63,152 nucleotides of DNA, filler included, from Bigelowiella natans CCMP2755 (GCA_000320545.1; 8 parts of 8 records of this genome joined end to end with filler, not necessarily neighbours in it); one strand, 5' to 3'; positions 11,468-26,546 are shown, counted from the first letter of the whole stretch. The notes: generated by a model not told the origin, from the letters alone. A program made the numbers and translations.

Positions 11468-11846
11468 AGTGTGCTTGGAAGTTACAGATGCGTGTCCTTG
11501 AGAGCGGTCATAGCGGCCTGCGCTTCCTGCTCCGTTAAAAACTCCACAAAACAGAAACTATAGTGGCGGGAGGGGAAAGGAAAGGAGAAGGAGGGGGGGG
11601 GGAAGGTGAGAGTTGTCATCAAGATATTCTTCAACCCATCAATCGTCATTGCAATTCACCATCTAAAGACAACCACGATTAAATCAAACGACAGAGACCA
11701 GAACAATCAAAAGGAAAAACAGGTAGCATCATCACCACCACACCACCACCACCATCGTCTTCGTCGCCATCATCATCATCATCATCAGCACATCTAAATG
11801 TGCTCGATCGTACACCATATCATGGCGACCACTGTTGTTGTGTTAA

Positions 11847-11894
<48 letters not shown>

Positions 11895-12085
11895 ATCACG
11901 ACGTTCATGACTGACATTTCGTTTGCTCATCACATCATCACTCTAAGAGTCCTAATACCCGCGGTGGCTTCCATCAAACTTCCGAGGCAGACGCACTTTC
12001 TTTAGCTGGCCGTAGGCGCGGAAGAGGTCACGCAGCTCATTACGTGTCGCCTGGAACGCCACATTCCGCACCATAATCTTCGACC
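11143..12085 (-). CDS. RBM19: RBM19/Mrd1 multi-RRM ribosome biogenesis factor, C-terminal RRM (3 exons; 5' part lost at the gap)
   Basis: SKIMVRNVAFQATRNELRDLFRAYGQLKKVRLPRKFDGSHRG|FCFVEFLTEQEAQAAMTALKDTHL|YGRHLVLEWAK...LEQLREK is the typical Mrd1 last RRM. Confidence 0.9.
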
Positions 12086-12117
12086 TGATTGCGTAAGAGA
12101 AACGAAGAGAGCGAGAG

Positions 12118-12163
<46 letters not shown>

Positions 12164-12649
12164 GGGGGGGGGGGGGGGCATTGGTTTCTACCGAAGGGGC
12201 GCTCCCGAGTATAAATATGCCGTCCGGGATGCCTTCAATGACGAACGCCCTGGCCGCAGCGAGCGGTTAAGGAAGCAGCTGCGGCGATTGTTAGGGTTGA
12301 GAATGACCATCAAAAATTTTGATCAGGGAGGCGGATTACTAGGGACGAGCTTTAAGATCAGCAGGCGCGTGGGTCCGGGGGGGGGTGGGGGGGGGNNNNN
12401 NNNNNNNNNNNNNNNNNNNNNNNNNNNNNNNNNNNNNNNTTAATTAATTAANNNNNNNNNNNNNNNNNNNNNNNNNNNNNNNNNNNNNNNNNNNNCTCCC
12501 TCTCTCTCTCTCTCTCTGTGTGTGTGTGTTTCTCTCCTCCTTCCCTCTTTCTCCCCGCCGTCCCCCTTTTCTCTCCCCAATTCTCGCTTTGCCTGCGTTC
12601 TCTCGAATAGAGCATTATCACTGATAGTAGCACCCATCTCTCTCTCCCT

Positions 12650-12700
<51 letters not shown>

Positions 12701-12723
12701 TTTGTCCGCTGAAACAAAAAAAG

Positions 12724-12839
12724 GCCGAACTTCAAGCTAAGCTGCTCACCAAAGAGCTCGAAGACGTCGGCATTCGCATCAACTGCCGCCCCCCTGACAT
12801 CACCTATGTCATCAAGAAGACCGGAGGCATTAAGTAGGA

Positions 12840-12882
<43 letters not shown>

Positions 12883-13488
12883 TTCACCTGCTAGCTGTTG
12901 TAATCTTCACCAGTATCTTCTCACTATACTGCAAATGAGAGTCAACGATGATGTATACTACCGAAAAAGAAGAATACCGAATATCATAAGCCCAACTGCC
13001 CTCCTCCTCCTCCACCTCCTCCTAACTCCTGATCATGCTCACAATTTCCTACTCCTACTCCTACTCCTCCTACTCCTACTACTACTACTACTATCACTAT
13101 TTCCACCTTAGATTCAACTCGACAGTGGAGCTGACCCACTGCGACGAGAAGCTTTGCCGCGACATCCTTCACATGCGCAAAGTGCACAACGCGGATATAC
13201 TCTTCCGCGGGAACTACACGGTGTGTGCTTCTTCGGAAGACACGAATTGACTCTCCACCCCCCCTCTCCCTCCCGACAACCTCGGTCTTTCTCTCCTCTT
13301 CCTCTTCCTCTTCCTCGGCGTCGTCGTCGTCGTCGTCGCTGTCGTTTGTGAGGATGGTTGATCATGCATCTGATCGCTGCTGGTGGTGTTGCATTCCAGG
13401 TCGACGAGTTCATCGATGTCGTGGAGGGCAACCGCAAGTACATGCGGTGCTTGTATTGCATCAATAAGGTTGTAGTGCAATTCTCTTC

Positions 13489-13554
<66 letters not shown>

Positions 13555-13701
13555 GCAAACACACGAAACAATTTACAGAGGAAGAAATCTTCAGCGAGGG
13601 TGGGGTGATAAACTTGTTAAAAAAATGGATTTCACCCAATTGTTCGTTGTACTGCTTCTGGAAAGTTAGTGTGACGGTCCTGCTGCTACCTCTCAAATCA
13701 A

Positions 13702-13737
<36 letters not shown>

Positions 13738-14843
13738 CCTCCCTTCCCTTCTTTTTCTTCTTGCCGCCTGTTCATCAGGTCGATACAATTACGGTAGGAG
13801 AGATGGATCGGTAATTAACTTACATCTTCCACAAACCACTACCTACGCCTCCTCCCATGCTGTTTGCATTGCTCATACTCAGCAATGATAAGCTGGTTAT
13901 TTGAAGTGCCGTGTTTTATGTTTACCCTTAACAACAACTACTACGACTACAACTACAACAACAGGGTAGCAAGGCTCCCAGATACAGTCGTCATCTCTGC
14001 TCATTGGAAGCTCAATCTGGACTTTCTCCTAGGTGCTGCTGCTGATCGTCACTACCGCCATCACAACATTCATCATCGTCGTCATCAAACACCCCGCAAA
14101 CATGTTCATATGCTGCGTCGTGTGCCTGCCACTGGGTGGAGAAGAGGATGGATGTGTGCAGTCCTAGTAGCTTCAGCAGCGAGAATGCGGTCATGTGCTA
14201 GTAGCTTTTCGCCTTGTCGCGGCATCCACTCGTTCCACCCTCCCCCCTAACCCCCCCCCCCCTCCCTCACAGCTCGGTTAATGATAAAAATTGTCAGATA
14301 AGATGTGGGAGTACCTAGACGTCGTTCGGCTGTACACGAAGCCGAGGGGAAAGCGACCCGATTTCAGTGAACCTGTGGTGGTCCCCAGGTGCGGCGATTG
14401 TTGGTGATGGTGATCGATGATGATGACGATGAGGATGATGATGATGACGATGATGATGATGGTGATGGTGATGGTGATGATGGTGATGATGATGATGATA
14501 CGGAAGAGGTGATGGTGATGATGACACGACGACTTTGACTTTCGAACGCGCTCGGGAGGTGTCTCCCTCCTCCGTCGTACGTGCGTCATTATTCTTTCTC
14601 GCTCACAATTCAGGGGGACGGCCATCCTCGATCTGTGCAACAGAATTCATCGTGACTTTGCGAAGCGATTTAAGACCGCCAACGTCCTAGCCCCCTAGCC
14701 ATTCTAGCTACTACACCTGCTGTGCCTTAATATTCGTCGCCACCACCATCACCACCACCAATGCTGCTGCTGCTACTCTGCCACTCCTCGATCATGATGA
14801 TGATGATTTGAATCAAAATTCACGTGCGACGCACACATACACA

Positions 14844-14890
<47 letters not shown>

Positions 14891-15078
14891 ATTGCCACAC
14901 GCCCTCCTTCTTTCTTCTTCTTCTTCTATATCTACGCAGTTGTTATATTACATTTCATGATTCCGTATGTCGTCAGGTATGGGGAACGAGCGCGAAGCAT
15001 GTGCCCCAGAGCGTAGGCATCAAGCACGTCTTGCAGGACGAGGATGTCGTGCAGCTCATGACCAAACCGGGAAAGTAG
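12724..15078 (+). CDS. DRG2: Developmentally regulated GTP-binding protein 2 (3' part, 8 exons, includes TGS domain)
   Basis: KELEDVGIRINCRPPDITYVIKKTGGIK|FNSTVELTHCDEK...|VDEFIDVVEGNRKYMRCLYCINK|VD...DKMWEYLDVVRLYTKPRGKRPDFSEPVV...|VWGTSAKHVPQSVGIKHVLQDEDVVQL. Confidence 0.93.
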
Positions 15079-15649
15079 TAGTGCGGTGTGATACGATGAT
15101 AGTAGGTCGTCAGCATTGGTGCACATGGCGCGATGTATAAGCCGATGACATAGTTGCGATGTGCTGCTCGCTCGTCTTAGCTTCATTTCGGCATCGTGTA
15201 CGTCCTGCCGCGTGTGCAATGCATTACACTCATTGTGTGTGCATATGCGTCGCCGGCTAATCTGCACATGCTCATTTGATGTGATCGAGTAGCGAATCGA
15301 AGCGCAGCTAGCGCAGACTAATGACATGTTGATGCACGTATATATAGCAATGCCATCAACAGCATGATCTGTAAAAACCACGATGAGCTGAATAAGAACA
15401 GCAATGCCATCATGCATAGCCACAACTACTGTGTCGCATTGTCATCAAGTAATCTTGTAGTCGCGTTGTTGACAGGATTCATATATATAATGAACATTAC
15501 AAAAATAGCATTGACCAGCAGGCCTGCTGCTAGCCTGCCGCCGTCACGCTATGTGTGGATACTACTACGTTTAATGTACAATTAGTTCCAACGAATGAAC
15601 TCGCAGCCGATACGGCACATGTAGCAGATAGACTTCTTTGCTCAAACAC

Positions 15650-15950
15650 ACGACGACAAAGGCCGCGGTCGAAGGAAAGATTCCCGATGAAGATCACGAA
15701 CAACGGAGTCGAAGCAGCGCAGCAGCTGAGGTTGAATATAAAGAAGCCCAAAAGGCCGTTCATACTCGATTGTAGTTTCTCTCGCGACGACTGTGTCGCT
15801 ACTTCTGATGCAGCAGCAGCCGCAGCCTCATAAGAATTGCTGGAAATTAAAAACATAAAAATTAAAAAAAAAAGGCACAAAAATAAGCCCAACACATGAT
15901 GTATCGATTGGATGGGAAGAGAATGAGGACGGGAGGAGAAAAGAGAACGA

Positions 15951-15995
<45 letters not shown>

Positions 15996-16365
15996 AATTT
16001 CCTCCTCCTCCTCCTCCTCCTCCTCCTTCTCCTCTTCCTCCTCCTCCTGTAAGCTAATGGCAATCTAATGCTACTAATCATCACACTCGCCGATTCCTCA
16101 TTGAATTTATGACCTCTCCACCACTGAGCGGCAGGACACGTGCTTGTTGCGCAAGTCGGCGAAAGTTGTTGTCCTTGGGCTTGTAGAAGTTGCTGTGTAA
16201 ATCCCCTTTAGAGTTCTTCTGTGTCGTCATGTTCTTGGAGCTGAGGAGGTGATTGTTTTCGAGTGAAGAATGGTAAGGATGATGTTGTTCGTTTGTACAC
16301 CCCCCCTCTCTCTTCCCTTGGCCGACATTCTACCAAGAAGGAAACTATGAATTTTGATATTTTAT

Positions 16366-16452
<87 letters not shown>

Positions 16453-16959
16453 TAATATATACATTATAAAATAGCACCGCGCATGGGGAATGGGCAGACA
16501 GCGTCCGAACAAAGTGTGTATAAGGCGAAAACGTGATCCATTTATACGCTTAGTACTTCTTTTTGCCTTCTATAGCAAGCCTTGCGGTCTCAAGTTTCAG
16601 CTTTGCAGCCTCAATTTTCTCAGGAATCTGCTTGTTGACCTGAAGATACTGTAAAACGACACCGAATAAATGTACGGCACGACTACATACGCATTTTCCT
16701 GGGCCTCTCGCCGCCAACAAGAAAATGCTACTTGCTATCACTGCTGTGTTACCTTCTGCAGTCGCTCCTTCTTGTTAATCTTTTCTCGCACAAAATGGTA
16801 CACCTGCAGGGTAGCAAATGTTCGCGTAGCCATGCGGTGGAAGAAGAAGAAGGAGAAGGAGGAGAAGGAGGAGGACAAGAAGGGGCAGCCGATGATATTG
16901 ATAACGACAAAGACATGAAACGCACTAATCATTTGTGTGTGCACTGCACATTGTATGTA

Positions 16960-16998
<39 letters not shown>

Positions 16999-17371
16999 TT
17001 CCTAAACATTATTTTAACATATTTACTCAACCAATCCAAAATATATGTATACATATGTATATAGGCATTTCCTCATCGAATGAGTGCGGTGTGTATGAAT
17101 TGCCATCACGCTCATCGAAAAGCAACAAAGGCAGAGTATGCATGCATGCACACATACCTGAGGAGCTGGGGGGAAGTTGGGAGGGATTTCTGGGGCCTTG
17201 TTGTGACTCACCTGATGATGATGATGGTGGTGATGATAAGGGTACAAATCATGTGTTCTACGATTGATCTTGGATCTGTTTCTTCTTTCTTTCTCTCCTT
17301 TTCTCCTCATCGCACTCTATGTTTTTCAAACGATGAAGACAACCATAGCCGTGTTGCAGAGCCGATTCGAA

Positions 17372-17410
<39 letters not shown>

Positions 17411-18343
17411 TATATATATGTATATCATGATCATCATTCAATATCTTAAAAACGCCTTCGCAACCATGTAGTTCCCGTACAGAAGGCCGCCCACCGATGG
17501 TCGTACGTTCTAAAGAAACGGTGTTGCGTGCCATTGACTCATTCATTCATTTCTCAATTTATTAGATGATGCACGATGGGAGAGGATATGAAGGGGTTTA
17601 TGTTCCAGAGCAAGTGCAACGTTCGCTATTTACACACATAATATTTAGTATTTTGTATTATCACATAGCCCGCTGCCGCCTTCTCCTTGCAATTATACCA
17701 TCATCGTCGTCGTCGTCATCATCATCATCGTCATCGTAACCCTCCCCCCTCCCCCCTCTTATTTCCGACTACACCACACCACGCCACGCCACCTTCGTTC
17801 CATAGTGCATGAAGGGTGGACGCCCTGTGAGCTGAGTCATCCACGTATTGGCCCTCTCCCGGGTATTCGAGTTATCCGCCACAGTATCGATCATCTTGCC
17901 CTCTCGCTTCTTCTCCCACCTGACAACAAGGAGCACAGAAAGAAAAAGGCACGATACGTTTGTCGTCTTCAAGGATGCTCGGAAACAGCCCCGCAGCCCT
18001 GGTAGCTTCCCCCTCCCCTCTTTCATCTAACTTCGCTTGTTTGGGTTGTAGTCTACTTCTACGACGACGACAACAACAACAACAATAATGACGACAAACA
18101 ACGACGACGACGACGACGACTACTACTACTACTATCTTATTCCTACTACCTCTTCTTTATAGTTCCCATACGCTCTCGGCGGACCTTCTGTTGTTCCTCG
18201 TAGATCTGCGACGGAGACGGAAAGACGCATGGGTGGAAGTAGTAAAGTGAATGCGTGAGCATTGCGCGGATGGATGCATGGGTTAGCGTCACCCATCTCT
18301 GTTTGTACCATGCCCTGTCTAGTACACGATGGCGTCTTTCTGC

Positions 18344-18376
<33 letters not shown>

Positions 18377-18510
18377 CTTGTTACCATCGTGTCATCATCA
18401 TCGCCACTATAAATATTCATCATCGTTGCCATGACTCCATGAGTTCACGCATTCTTCCTCCTCCTTCGCCCCTCTCATCGTAACATCATACGACACACAC
18501 GCACGCACAC

Positions 18511-18550
<40 letters not shown>

Positions 18551-19900
18551 CACACAGCACACATAATATTGTATACCTGCACGCTGCGCGGGTAGTGGAT
18601 CTTGCGTTTGTCGTTCTTTTTGTGCACTTGCCTTCTTCGCCTTCGCCGTCGGTGGGATCCTGGAATTCCGTGCTGTTTCTGCTTGTTGTCCTCTTTCTGC
18701 TCGGCAGCGGCGGCCTCCTCCTCCCGGCCCGAATGGAACTTCTTCTTCATGGCATTGCCGTTTTTCTTCTTCTTCTTCAGCTTCTGCTTGTTCCCACCCG
18801 TGGGCCCTCCTCCACCAGGAGCAGCATGATCGTGCAGGGCGTTATTGTCGTGCTGAGCTTGCAGCGCATCGAAGTTGAGATACCCGCCGACATCTCCCGG
18901 GTTCTGTTGTGAGGACTGCTGTGGGGCCTGCTGCTGTCTTTCAAAGTCCGACTGAAAGTCTCCATGGTGGGTGGAGAACGCTGACCTGCCCGATTTCCCC
19001 CTTTTCAACAGCTTCGGCTGCTCGCAGAGTACATACAAACAAAAGCAGCAGCACGCGGGCGTGTTCATCAACGCGGCCATTTCATTGGCCACTACCAATC
19101 GAATAGATTCATAATAATAACAATAATAATAATGATAATAATACTAGACACAGACGTTGTGAGGGAGGCGGTGGTGATGGCGGAAAGAGAAGCGACACGC
19201 ACATCATGTAGGTGGAGGGCAGATCGAAGAAGAAAAGGTTGCAATTTATTACAGGTAGTTTCTTCTCCTGTGTTTCCTCCGCCAAGCTTCCATCAGCATT
19301 GTCTTTGTGCTTTACGTCTCTCTCCATAAAATTGTTTACCTTGTGAGGATTTATTTTATTCATGCTTTTATTCATGCAGCAAGACAGTACGCAGCACTGA
19401 TAACATGTAAAATATGAATATATATTTGCGAAAATGTATTTCGGTGAATAAGATGCTTTTATCTTGGGGACACACCTTGACGCTACGAGCCACGCTTGGG
19501 TCAGAAGCCTTCCCCCCTCCCTCGCTTCCCGGGACAGAAGTTGACGAGGCAATCCGCTCGATGAGCTAATAGGGTGGGGGCAGATAATCGTCCACAGTTA
19601 ATTTCCGGGGGGTGTGCCAGCGAATCAATGGATCAATGAAATCATCTGTATATTCAGGCGTCTCTTCTTGCCCACAGAAGTGTAGCACTTAGGGAATGAC
19701 ACAGAGATGCATTCAATCGCGCCCAGTCGACAGGACACACGGGCTATATTATGATGTATTCTACGGCTGGAATAGGTGGTCGTAGGGAGTACCCTGCCAG
19801 GGCGCTCAGCATCGGAGTGTCCAGCATCCATGTTCTCCTCCACCTTCCCATCGTCCTTGGAGTTGAACTTACGTTGTTGAAAAACCATCACGCACACACA

Positions 19901-19941
<41 letters not shown>

Positions 19942-19955
19942 TCAAGATGAGAGAA

Positions 19956-20005
<50 letters not shown>

Positions 20006-20074
20006 CAAACTGGTTACACTACCCAACTCTGGCAATTCGATGGAGGAAACTTCCTAATATCTAATTCTACAAAA

Positions 20075-20109
<35 letters not shown>

Positions 20110-21156
20110 CGCTTGCTTTGTGGTTGATTTCTGGGCATCATTAAGGATATCATTTTCAACCTAGTGAGAAGGGAACTAAAGTACCTTTGAGTGGTCCATG
20201 CAATCCCAAATCTGCGATGAATTCGTTTGGTTTCTGGAGTAGTGCCTGCGCCCATACTTTCCGCCTGTGCTCCTATAAAATTTATTGAAGAAAATGGTTT
20301 GGTTATGGTGATCTACACGATGGATGCATGCCAGTTTCCGGGCCAGTTCTCACTGCTTTTCTAGCCAATATGATTATAATTTGAGGGGATCATTACACAG
20401 TGGACAACAACTTGATGATGCCAACATGCATGCTTTACTGTTGTTATTTCCTCTTATTGAGCACTGCTATTGGGGGAGGAGGGGGGGGGGGGTCATACAA
20501 AGCTGTTAAAACAACCTAGCCTCTTTAAGGAGTTTGCGATGAGTGGTCTGAGGCTCTAAAGGTCCTAAAAGGCTTTCCCTGAAAATGGGATGTTCGTCTG
20601 CTTAATATCTGCTACTCTAAATTGTGTGCCTATTATCAATTTATGCTTTGTGGAGGTACAAGGTACGACGTACATTTGTCGAAGGGTAAGGCTCATGGTC
20701 AGTATCCTTGCTTCTTCAAGCGTATGTGAGTAATTCGATCCTTTGCTTTCTTTGTAGAAAATAGCAGAGCGATGGCCTATAGCTACAGCTTGAGGCTTTT
20801 CTGCGTCTTATCACTCGACCCTCTAATATAGTTTCACCAAAGAACAGCGATCAGTCAAATAATGTGGAAAGCCTCCACATGCCTATACTAAATGCCGCCT
20901 TTGCGAGCAGTATTATGTGCGTTACGCGTAGAAAGCGACAGGATTTGGGGGGGGGAAATCAAGGTTCAAGTACGCTAAGGATTCAGATTTACAAGGATCT
21001 TTATAAAATATAGAACGCCTTTGAATATGTCCCTACGACATGGATAAAATGCGATATCAGGATCAAAATACATGGGACTCTCACCTATCAACTCGATCCT
21101 CCTTTCCCAATTTTGAAACTGCAAACTAACGGTTGGAGGGGAAAAACCCCTTCTCG

Positions 21157-21198
<42 letters not shown>

Positions 21199-21550
21199 AG
21201 ACACATTCTCCGGAGATTCCCGGAGATGCAAACATATGATCTCTGAGAAGTCTCTGAGATATCACCGCTCGGGAAGCAGAAAAAGGGCTTGCGTTTGTTC
21301 GGGAAGCAGGCGACGTCGACGTCCTCCTCCTCCTCCTTCCTGTGGCTTGCGTTGCAAGGACTCGGTCCTTTTTCCATCCGATGTTTCTAGGAGAATCGGG
21401 CTGCCGCACGGCGAGGGAAAGAATTTTGCGGTGTGCGGGCGAACCCGATTGGCAGTAAGTTGCTGGGAATTTGTGGTTTTGACTCGGTAGTTTGTCCGAG
21501 GAGGCGGACGGAGGAGTCTGGGAAGATTCTGCCTGGCCCACTTCCAATTC
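15650..21550 (-). CDS. Large multi-exon gene (or genes) of unknown function with coiled-coil and low-complexity segments; boundaries approximate
   Basis: Many AG/GT-bounded open exons between microsatellite introns (e.g. IYEEQQKVRRERMGTIKE; WEKKREGKMIDTVADNSNTRERANTWMTQLTGRPPFMHYGTK; VNKQIPEKIEAAKLKLETARLAIEGKK). No family recognised. Confidence 0.45.
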
Positions 21551-21736
21551 TCATCGGACTCGCATCCCCTCAATTCGGTCCGATGAGCAGGGACGGCGAT
21601 CAACCTCATGCTCCTTCCACTGCGAAGCCCCGCAGGGGTACTGCAGCCCAGGCGATGATTTTCAGAGACGTCGCATCTGTCAGAGGGGGGGGGGGGGAGG
21701 GAAAACCCGGAGTGGTGTTCTCCTTTCTCTGGTTTT

Positions 21737-22226
21737 ATCGACGAATGCTTCCTACGTTTTTTCCTGCTGTCTTGATTCTGCAGGCTCCGTACTCGTGGGC
21801 GTTTCTATCGTCGTGGAAATGTTGGCTATGACGGCGCTTGTATGGTGTGCTGGAGCTGGCTTTGCAGGACCGGGGAAACAGAAAGGTGGGCGTTCCTTCT
21901 GGCTCGGCGACAGGTGGTGAATGGCTGCTAAGCCTCCAATAAAGTTCCAGCAGTTTTTTGCCCTCTGGGCGGAGCTTGCTCGATATATTCCGCCCCGTGC
22001 CCCCCCCCCCGCTGGAACTTTATTGGAGGCTTAGCAGCCATTCACCACCTGTCGCCGAGCCAGAAGGAACGCCCACCTTTCTGTTTCCCCGGTCCTGCAA
22101 AGCCAGCTCCAGCACACCATACAAGCGCCGTCATAGCCAACATTTCCACGACGATAGAAACGCCTACGAGTACGGAGCCTGCAGAATCAAGACAGCAGGA
22201 AAAAAACGTAGGAAGCATTCGTCGAT
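21737..22226. repeat. About 215-bp inverted repeat (21737-21951 / 22011-22226) ending at a contig edge
   Basis: The second arm is the reverse complement of the first, with one substitution and one 1-nt homopolymer indel. Confidence 0.95.
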
Positions 22227-22388
22227 NNNNNNNNNNNNNNNNNNNNNNNNNNNNNNNNNNNNNNNNNNNNTTAATTAATTAANNNNNNNNNNNNNNNNNN
22301 NNNNNNNNNNNNNNNNNNNNNNNNNNATGATGCCTCCCCCCTCGCCCAAAAAAACCCCTTCCCCCCCCCCCCCCCCCCCCCCTTATAG

Positions 22389-22670
22389 GTTCTAGAACGC
22401 CTCACATTCGCAGATGTATTCGAACGATTCCTTGCGACAAAGTAAGGCTTTCCCCCTTTCTTCTCCCCCCCTTTCTCCCCGAAGCAAGTGCAGCAAGCCT
22501 CCCCCCCCTCACGATATTAACCACCATCGTGCCTCTCGCTAGGTTCGGTACCGCCAAGCGATTTGGCCTTGAGGGATGTGAAACTATGATCCCGGGCATG
22601 AAAGCGCTCATAGACCGCTCCTCCGAGAAAGGGGTCTTGTGGCGTGCGTGTTTGCCCTCCCTCTTTGTCC

Positions 22671-22702
<32 letters not shown>

Positions 22703-23762
22703 AAAAACGAAGAAGAAGAAGAAGAAGAAGAAGAAGAAGAAGAAGAAGACGCCATCTATCTAACTTCCCTGCGTTGTGATGCGTGAGAAAGGGGAGAAGG
22801 AGGAGTAGGGTTAGAAGGGAAATTGGACCAAGAAAAGAGAAGTGAGGAGTGGGGGGAGACCGTAAAGGAGGAGGAGGAGGAGGAGGAGGAGGAAGAGGAA
22901 GATAAACCTGACGAGTATTGGCGCTGTTTGCTGTGAAAGGTGACAAACGTTAACATTGGGATGGCTCATCGTGGCCGTCTTTCCGTTCTCTGTAACGTGA
23001 TCCGCAAGGTAGGTGTAATTGTAGTAGCAGCAGCAGCTCTTACATATTCGAATGAATGGGGTTTTTACATATGATGTGCCCTTGGGTGATCCCATCATCA
23101 TGATCTCCTCCTTCCTTTTCTGCCAGCCTGCCGAGCAGATCTTCAAAGAATTCAAAGGAATTAATGAGGAGCTTCCCGACGATTGGTCTTACTCTGGTAC
23201 CGTGTATTAACACTTGCAAACTAGGAACATACTGGGCAATAGTCTGATACAAACATATCGAACAACGGCATGGAACGGCATAATGACCTTCTCTCTGCTT
23301 GCTTGGTTGGTTCTTCTAATTAGGTGACGTGAAGTATCACCTTGGTACCAGCTTCGACCGAATGTACCCAGACGGACGAAAGCTGCACCTCGAGCTCCTT
23401 GCGAACCCCTCCCACCTTGAGGTATGGTTAGTGGTAGGCAGAGAAGGAGGAGGAGGAGGAGGAGGAGGAGGAGGAGGAGGAGGGAGGGAGGGAGGGGGGT
23501 GAGATTAGAAATTGTAGGTAAGTGGTTAGTTGAACAGTAATATTTATGGTAGTAGCCACCCGTTGTTCGTCTCTCCCTTTTGAGCTCCTCCCTTCTCTTT
23601 TTCATCATTTTTCCCCTCTCCTCATCCCCCTCCTCATCCTTCTTGTATCATCCCTTAACAAGGCTGTGAATCCCCTTGTTTGGGGTAAGACGAAAGCAAA
23701 GATGTACTTTGAAGGGGACAACGAGGGGGTCAACTCAATGCCGATCTTAATTCCCGGTAATG

Positions 23763-23798
<36 letters not shown>

Positions 23799-23808
23799 TA
23801 TGTATGTG

Positions 23809-23844
<36 letters not shown>

Positions 23845-24042
23845 TCTATTCTAGTTGATTTGTTTCTGTGTTTCTTGACTCTTGTTCCCCCCCCCTCTCT
23901 CAAGGTGACGCCGCAATTGCAGGCCAAGGCATTGTGTACGAGGTTAATTTTATTTTAACCCTCTCCGAACCCTTCCTCTTTCTCCTTTCTCATCCCCCCC
24001 CCCCTCCTCCTCCCCTCCCTTTCTCCATCAGCCAACTCACTC

Positions 24043-24081
<39 letters not shown>

Positions 24082-24800
24082 TGTGTGTGTGTTGTTTCCT
24101 TTGTTACATGTTGCGCGCAGAGTATGCAAATGTGCGGTCTCGATGGATATCAGACGGGAGGCACCATTCACATAGTGTGCAACAACCAGGTTCCACCAGT
24201 CAGTCAGTGAGTTATTTAGTTACAGCATCGAAGTCAAGTGCCGCTAGCCATGCTGATGCATCATCGCGTGCGCGTCGCTGGTGAAAAAGGCGATAGATGT
24301 TACACGTGCAGTCGTCGTAGTAGCTCTGAATAACGTGCGACAACAGCGATTACGAGAAGAGAGGGGGAGGAGGGGCGTCACTGTTGACCTGAAGGTTGCT
24401 GCGCGTATTGCTGCTATTCAGGTCGGGTTCACAGCCAACCCCGATCAGTCACGTTCCACTCTGTACGCTTCGGACATCGGTAAGTCGTTCGATGCGCCCA
24501 TCTTCCACGTCAACGCCGACCATCCTGAAGAGGTAGTTAGTTAGTACTACACGTGCTCTGCCCCCGCCTCTTGCTGTCGCGCTACTGCTTCATACTACTA
24601 ATGTGGTAATGGTGAGGGGTAAGAAGAGGGGTTCTCAAGAAAAAGGATGCTACGACGTTATGTGCGTGAGTGCGTGAGAAGGATGTAGGTGCTGATGGCA
24701 CTGTTGCCTGCAGGTGACGCGTGTATTCGAATTGGCCGCTGAATGGCGAGCAAGGTGACTGACCTCCATTCTAAAGCATGATGACAAATTAGCTGGCAGA

Positions 24801-24873
<73 letters not shown>

Positions 24874-26274
24874 ATCTTCTTTCTCCTCATTTTCTCCCTT
24901 CCTCGCCTCTCTTGTACCCAACTTTGCCTATCTGCCCGCCTAACGTTGTCCCCCCCCCCCACCCTCCATGAATTCGTTTAATTAATTATCATCAAGATGG
25001 CGCACCGACGTGATTATTGATCTTATTGGATACCGCCGACATGGTAGTAGCAGCAACACACGCAATCTAGCAGTAAACAACCCCACATACTATTCTTTCT
25101 CCTCCTCCTCCGTCGTCTTCTATTTTTTGTCGTTTATTCTGACGTTGGAAGTACTACTGAAACAGGGCACAACGAGATCGACCAGCCGTTCTTCACTCAG
25201 CCTGCTATGTATCGGGAAATCTCAAGACACCCCACCGCCCTCCAACTCTACTCAGAATCCCTCGTAGGAACCCATTATTTTCACTATGCTCGTAAACGAT
25301 AAATGAATAAATCGTCATGATCACCATCATCATCATGTATTATTATTCTTCTTCTTCTTCTTCTTGAATCAACGTGTTGGTGGTGTCCCACTTTCTTTTT
25401 GACAGCTGAACGAAGGGGTTGTCGGCGAGGAGGATATCAAGTCCGTTCACGGCACGGTGCAAGAAATCTTCGAGAAGGTAGTACACGTCATCATATCGTA
25501 ACATATATTTATCTCTATTTATTTGCCACTCCTTCCATGATCTACCTTTATCTCATCACATCCCTCTTTCTCCTCTTGCCCCTCCCCCCTCCCCCCTCTT
25601 TCCCCAATACTCCAAGACCATTCTCACCCATCTTCCTTGAATCATCATCATCATCATCATCATCATCATTCAGGCGTTTGCAGACGCTGATTCGTACAAA
25701 TCCAAGGACTCTGACTGGTTCTCCCAGCAATTCAACTACAAGAACCAGGTAGTGGTGGTTGGTTGGTGGTGGTTGTTGATGTTATTGTTGTTGTTGTTGT
25801 TGGCACGTCGTCGTCGTTCGTCATTCGTCGTTTGTCGTTTGTCATTCGTTGCCATCGTCGTCGTGATGCACCATCCTCACCCTGTCAGCAGCATATCACT
25901 CTTTATCTTCGCCATAGGTTACGAAAACATACAAGACGGGTGTAGAGTCCGATGTTCTTTCTCAAGTCACCAAAGCGCTAACGGCCCTTCCTGAGGTAAC
26001 GACGATGATGCTAATGATCATAAGTGTAATCTGTCTGGAGAGGGGGAGGGACGGGGGGGGGAAGAGAAATACATCATCCCAGTCATCATCATCATCATCA
26101 TCATCATCATCGTCATTATCACTAATGTTACTGATGGCCGATTGATGCAGGGATTTGAGTTGCATACGCAGCTGAAGAGAATCCTCAAAGCAAAGGAGAA
26201 AACCATCACCGAGGGCAAAAACATCGACTGGGTCATAGCATTAGTAGCAAGGAGGAGGAGGAGATTAGGAACAG

Positions 26275-26310
<36 letters not shown>

Positions 26311-26511
26311 GTCCGCGATTTCCCATCTTGGTCGTCTTCCCCGTTGTCATCATCTATATACTTTCTCCTCCTTCAACGACCAAACCAATCAACGCCTATC
26401 CCCACGCTGCTTCACATAGGGCACGGCTGAGGCAATGGCGTTTGGCACCCTCCTGATGGAAGGCGTGCATGTGAGGCTGAGCGGACAAGACTCGGAACGA
26501 GGTGGGGGATA

Positions 26512-26546
<35 letters not shown>

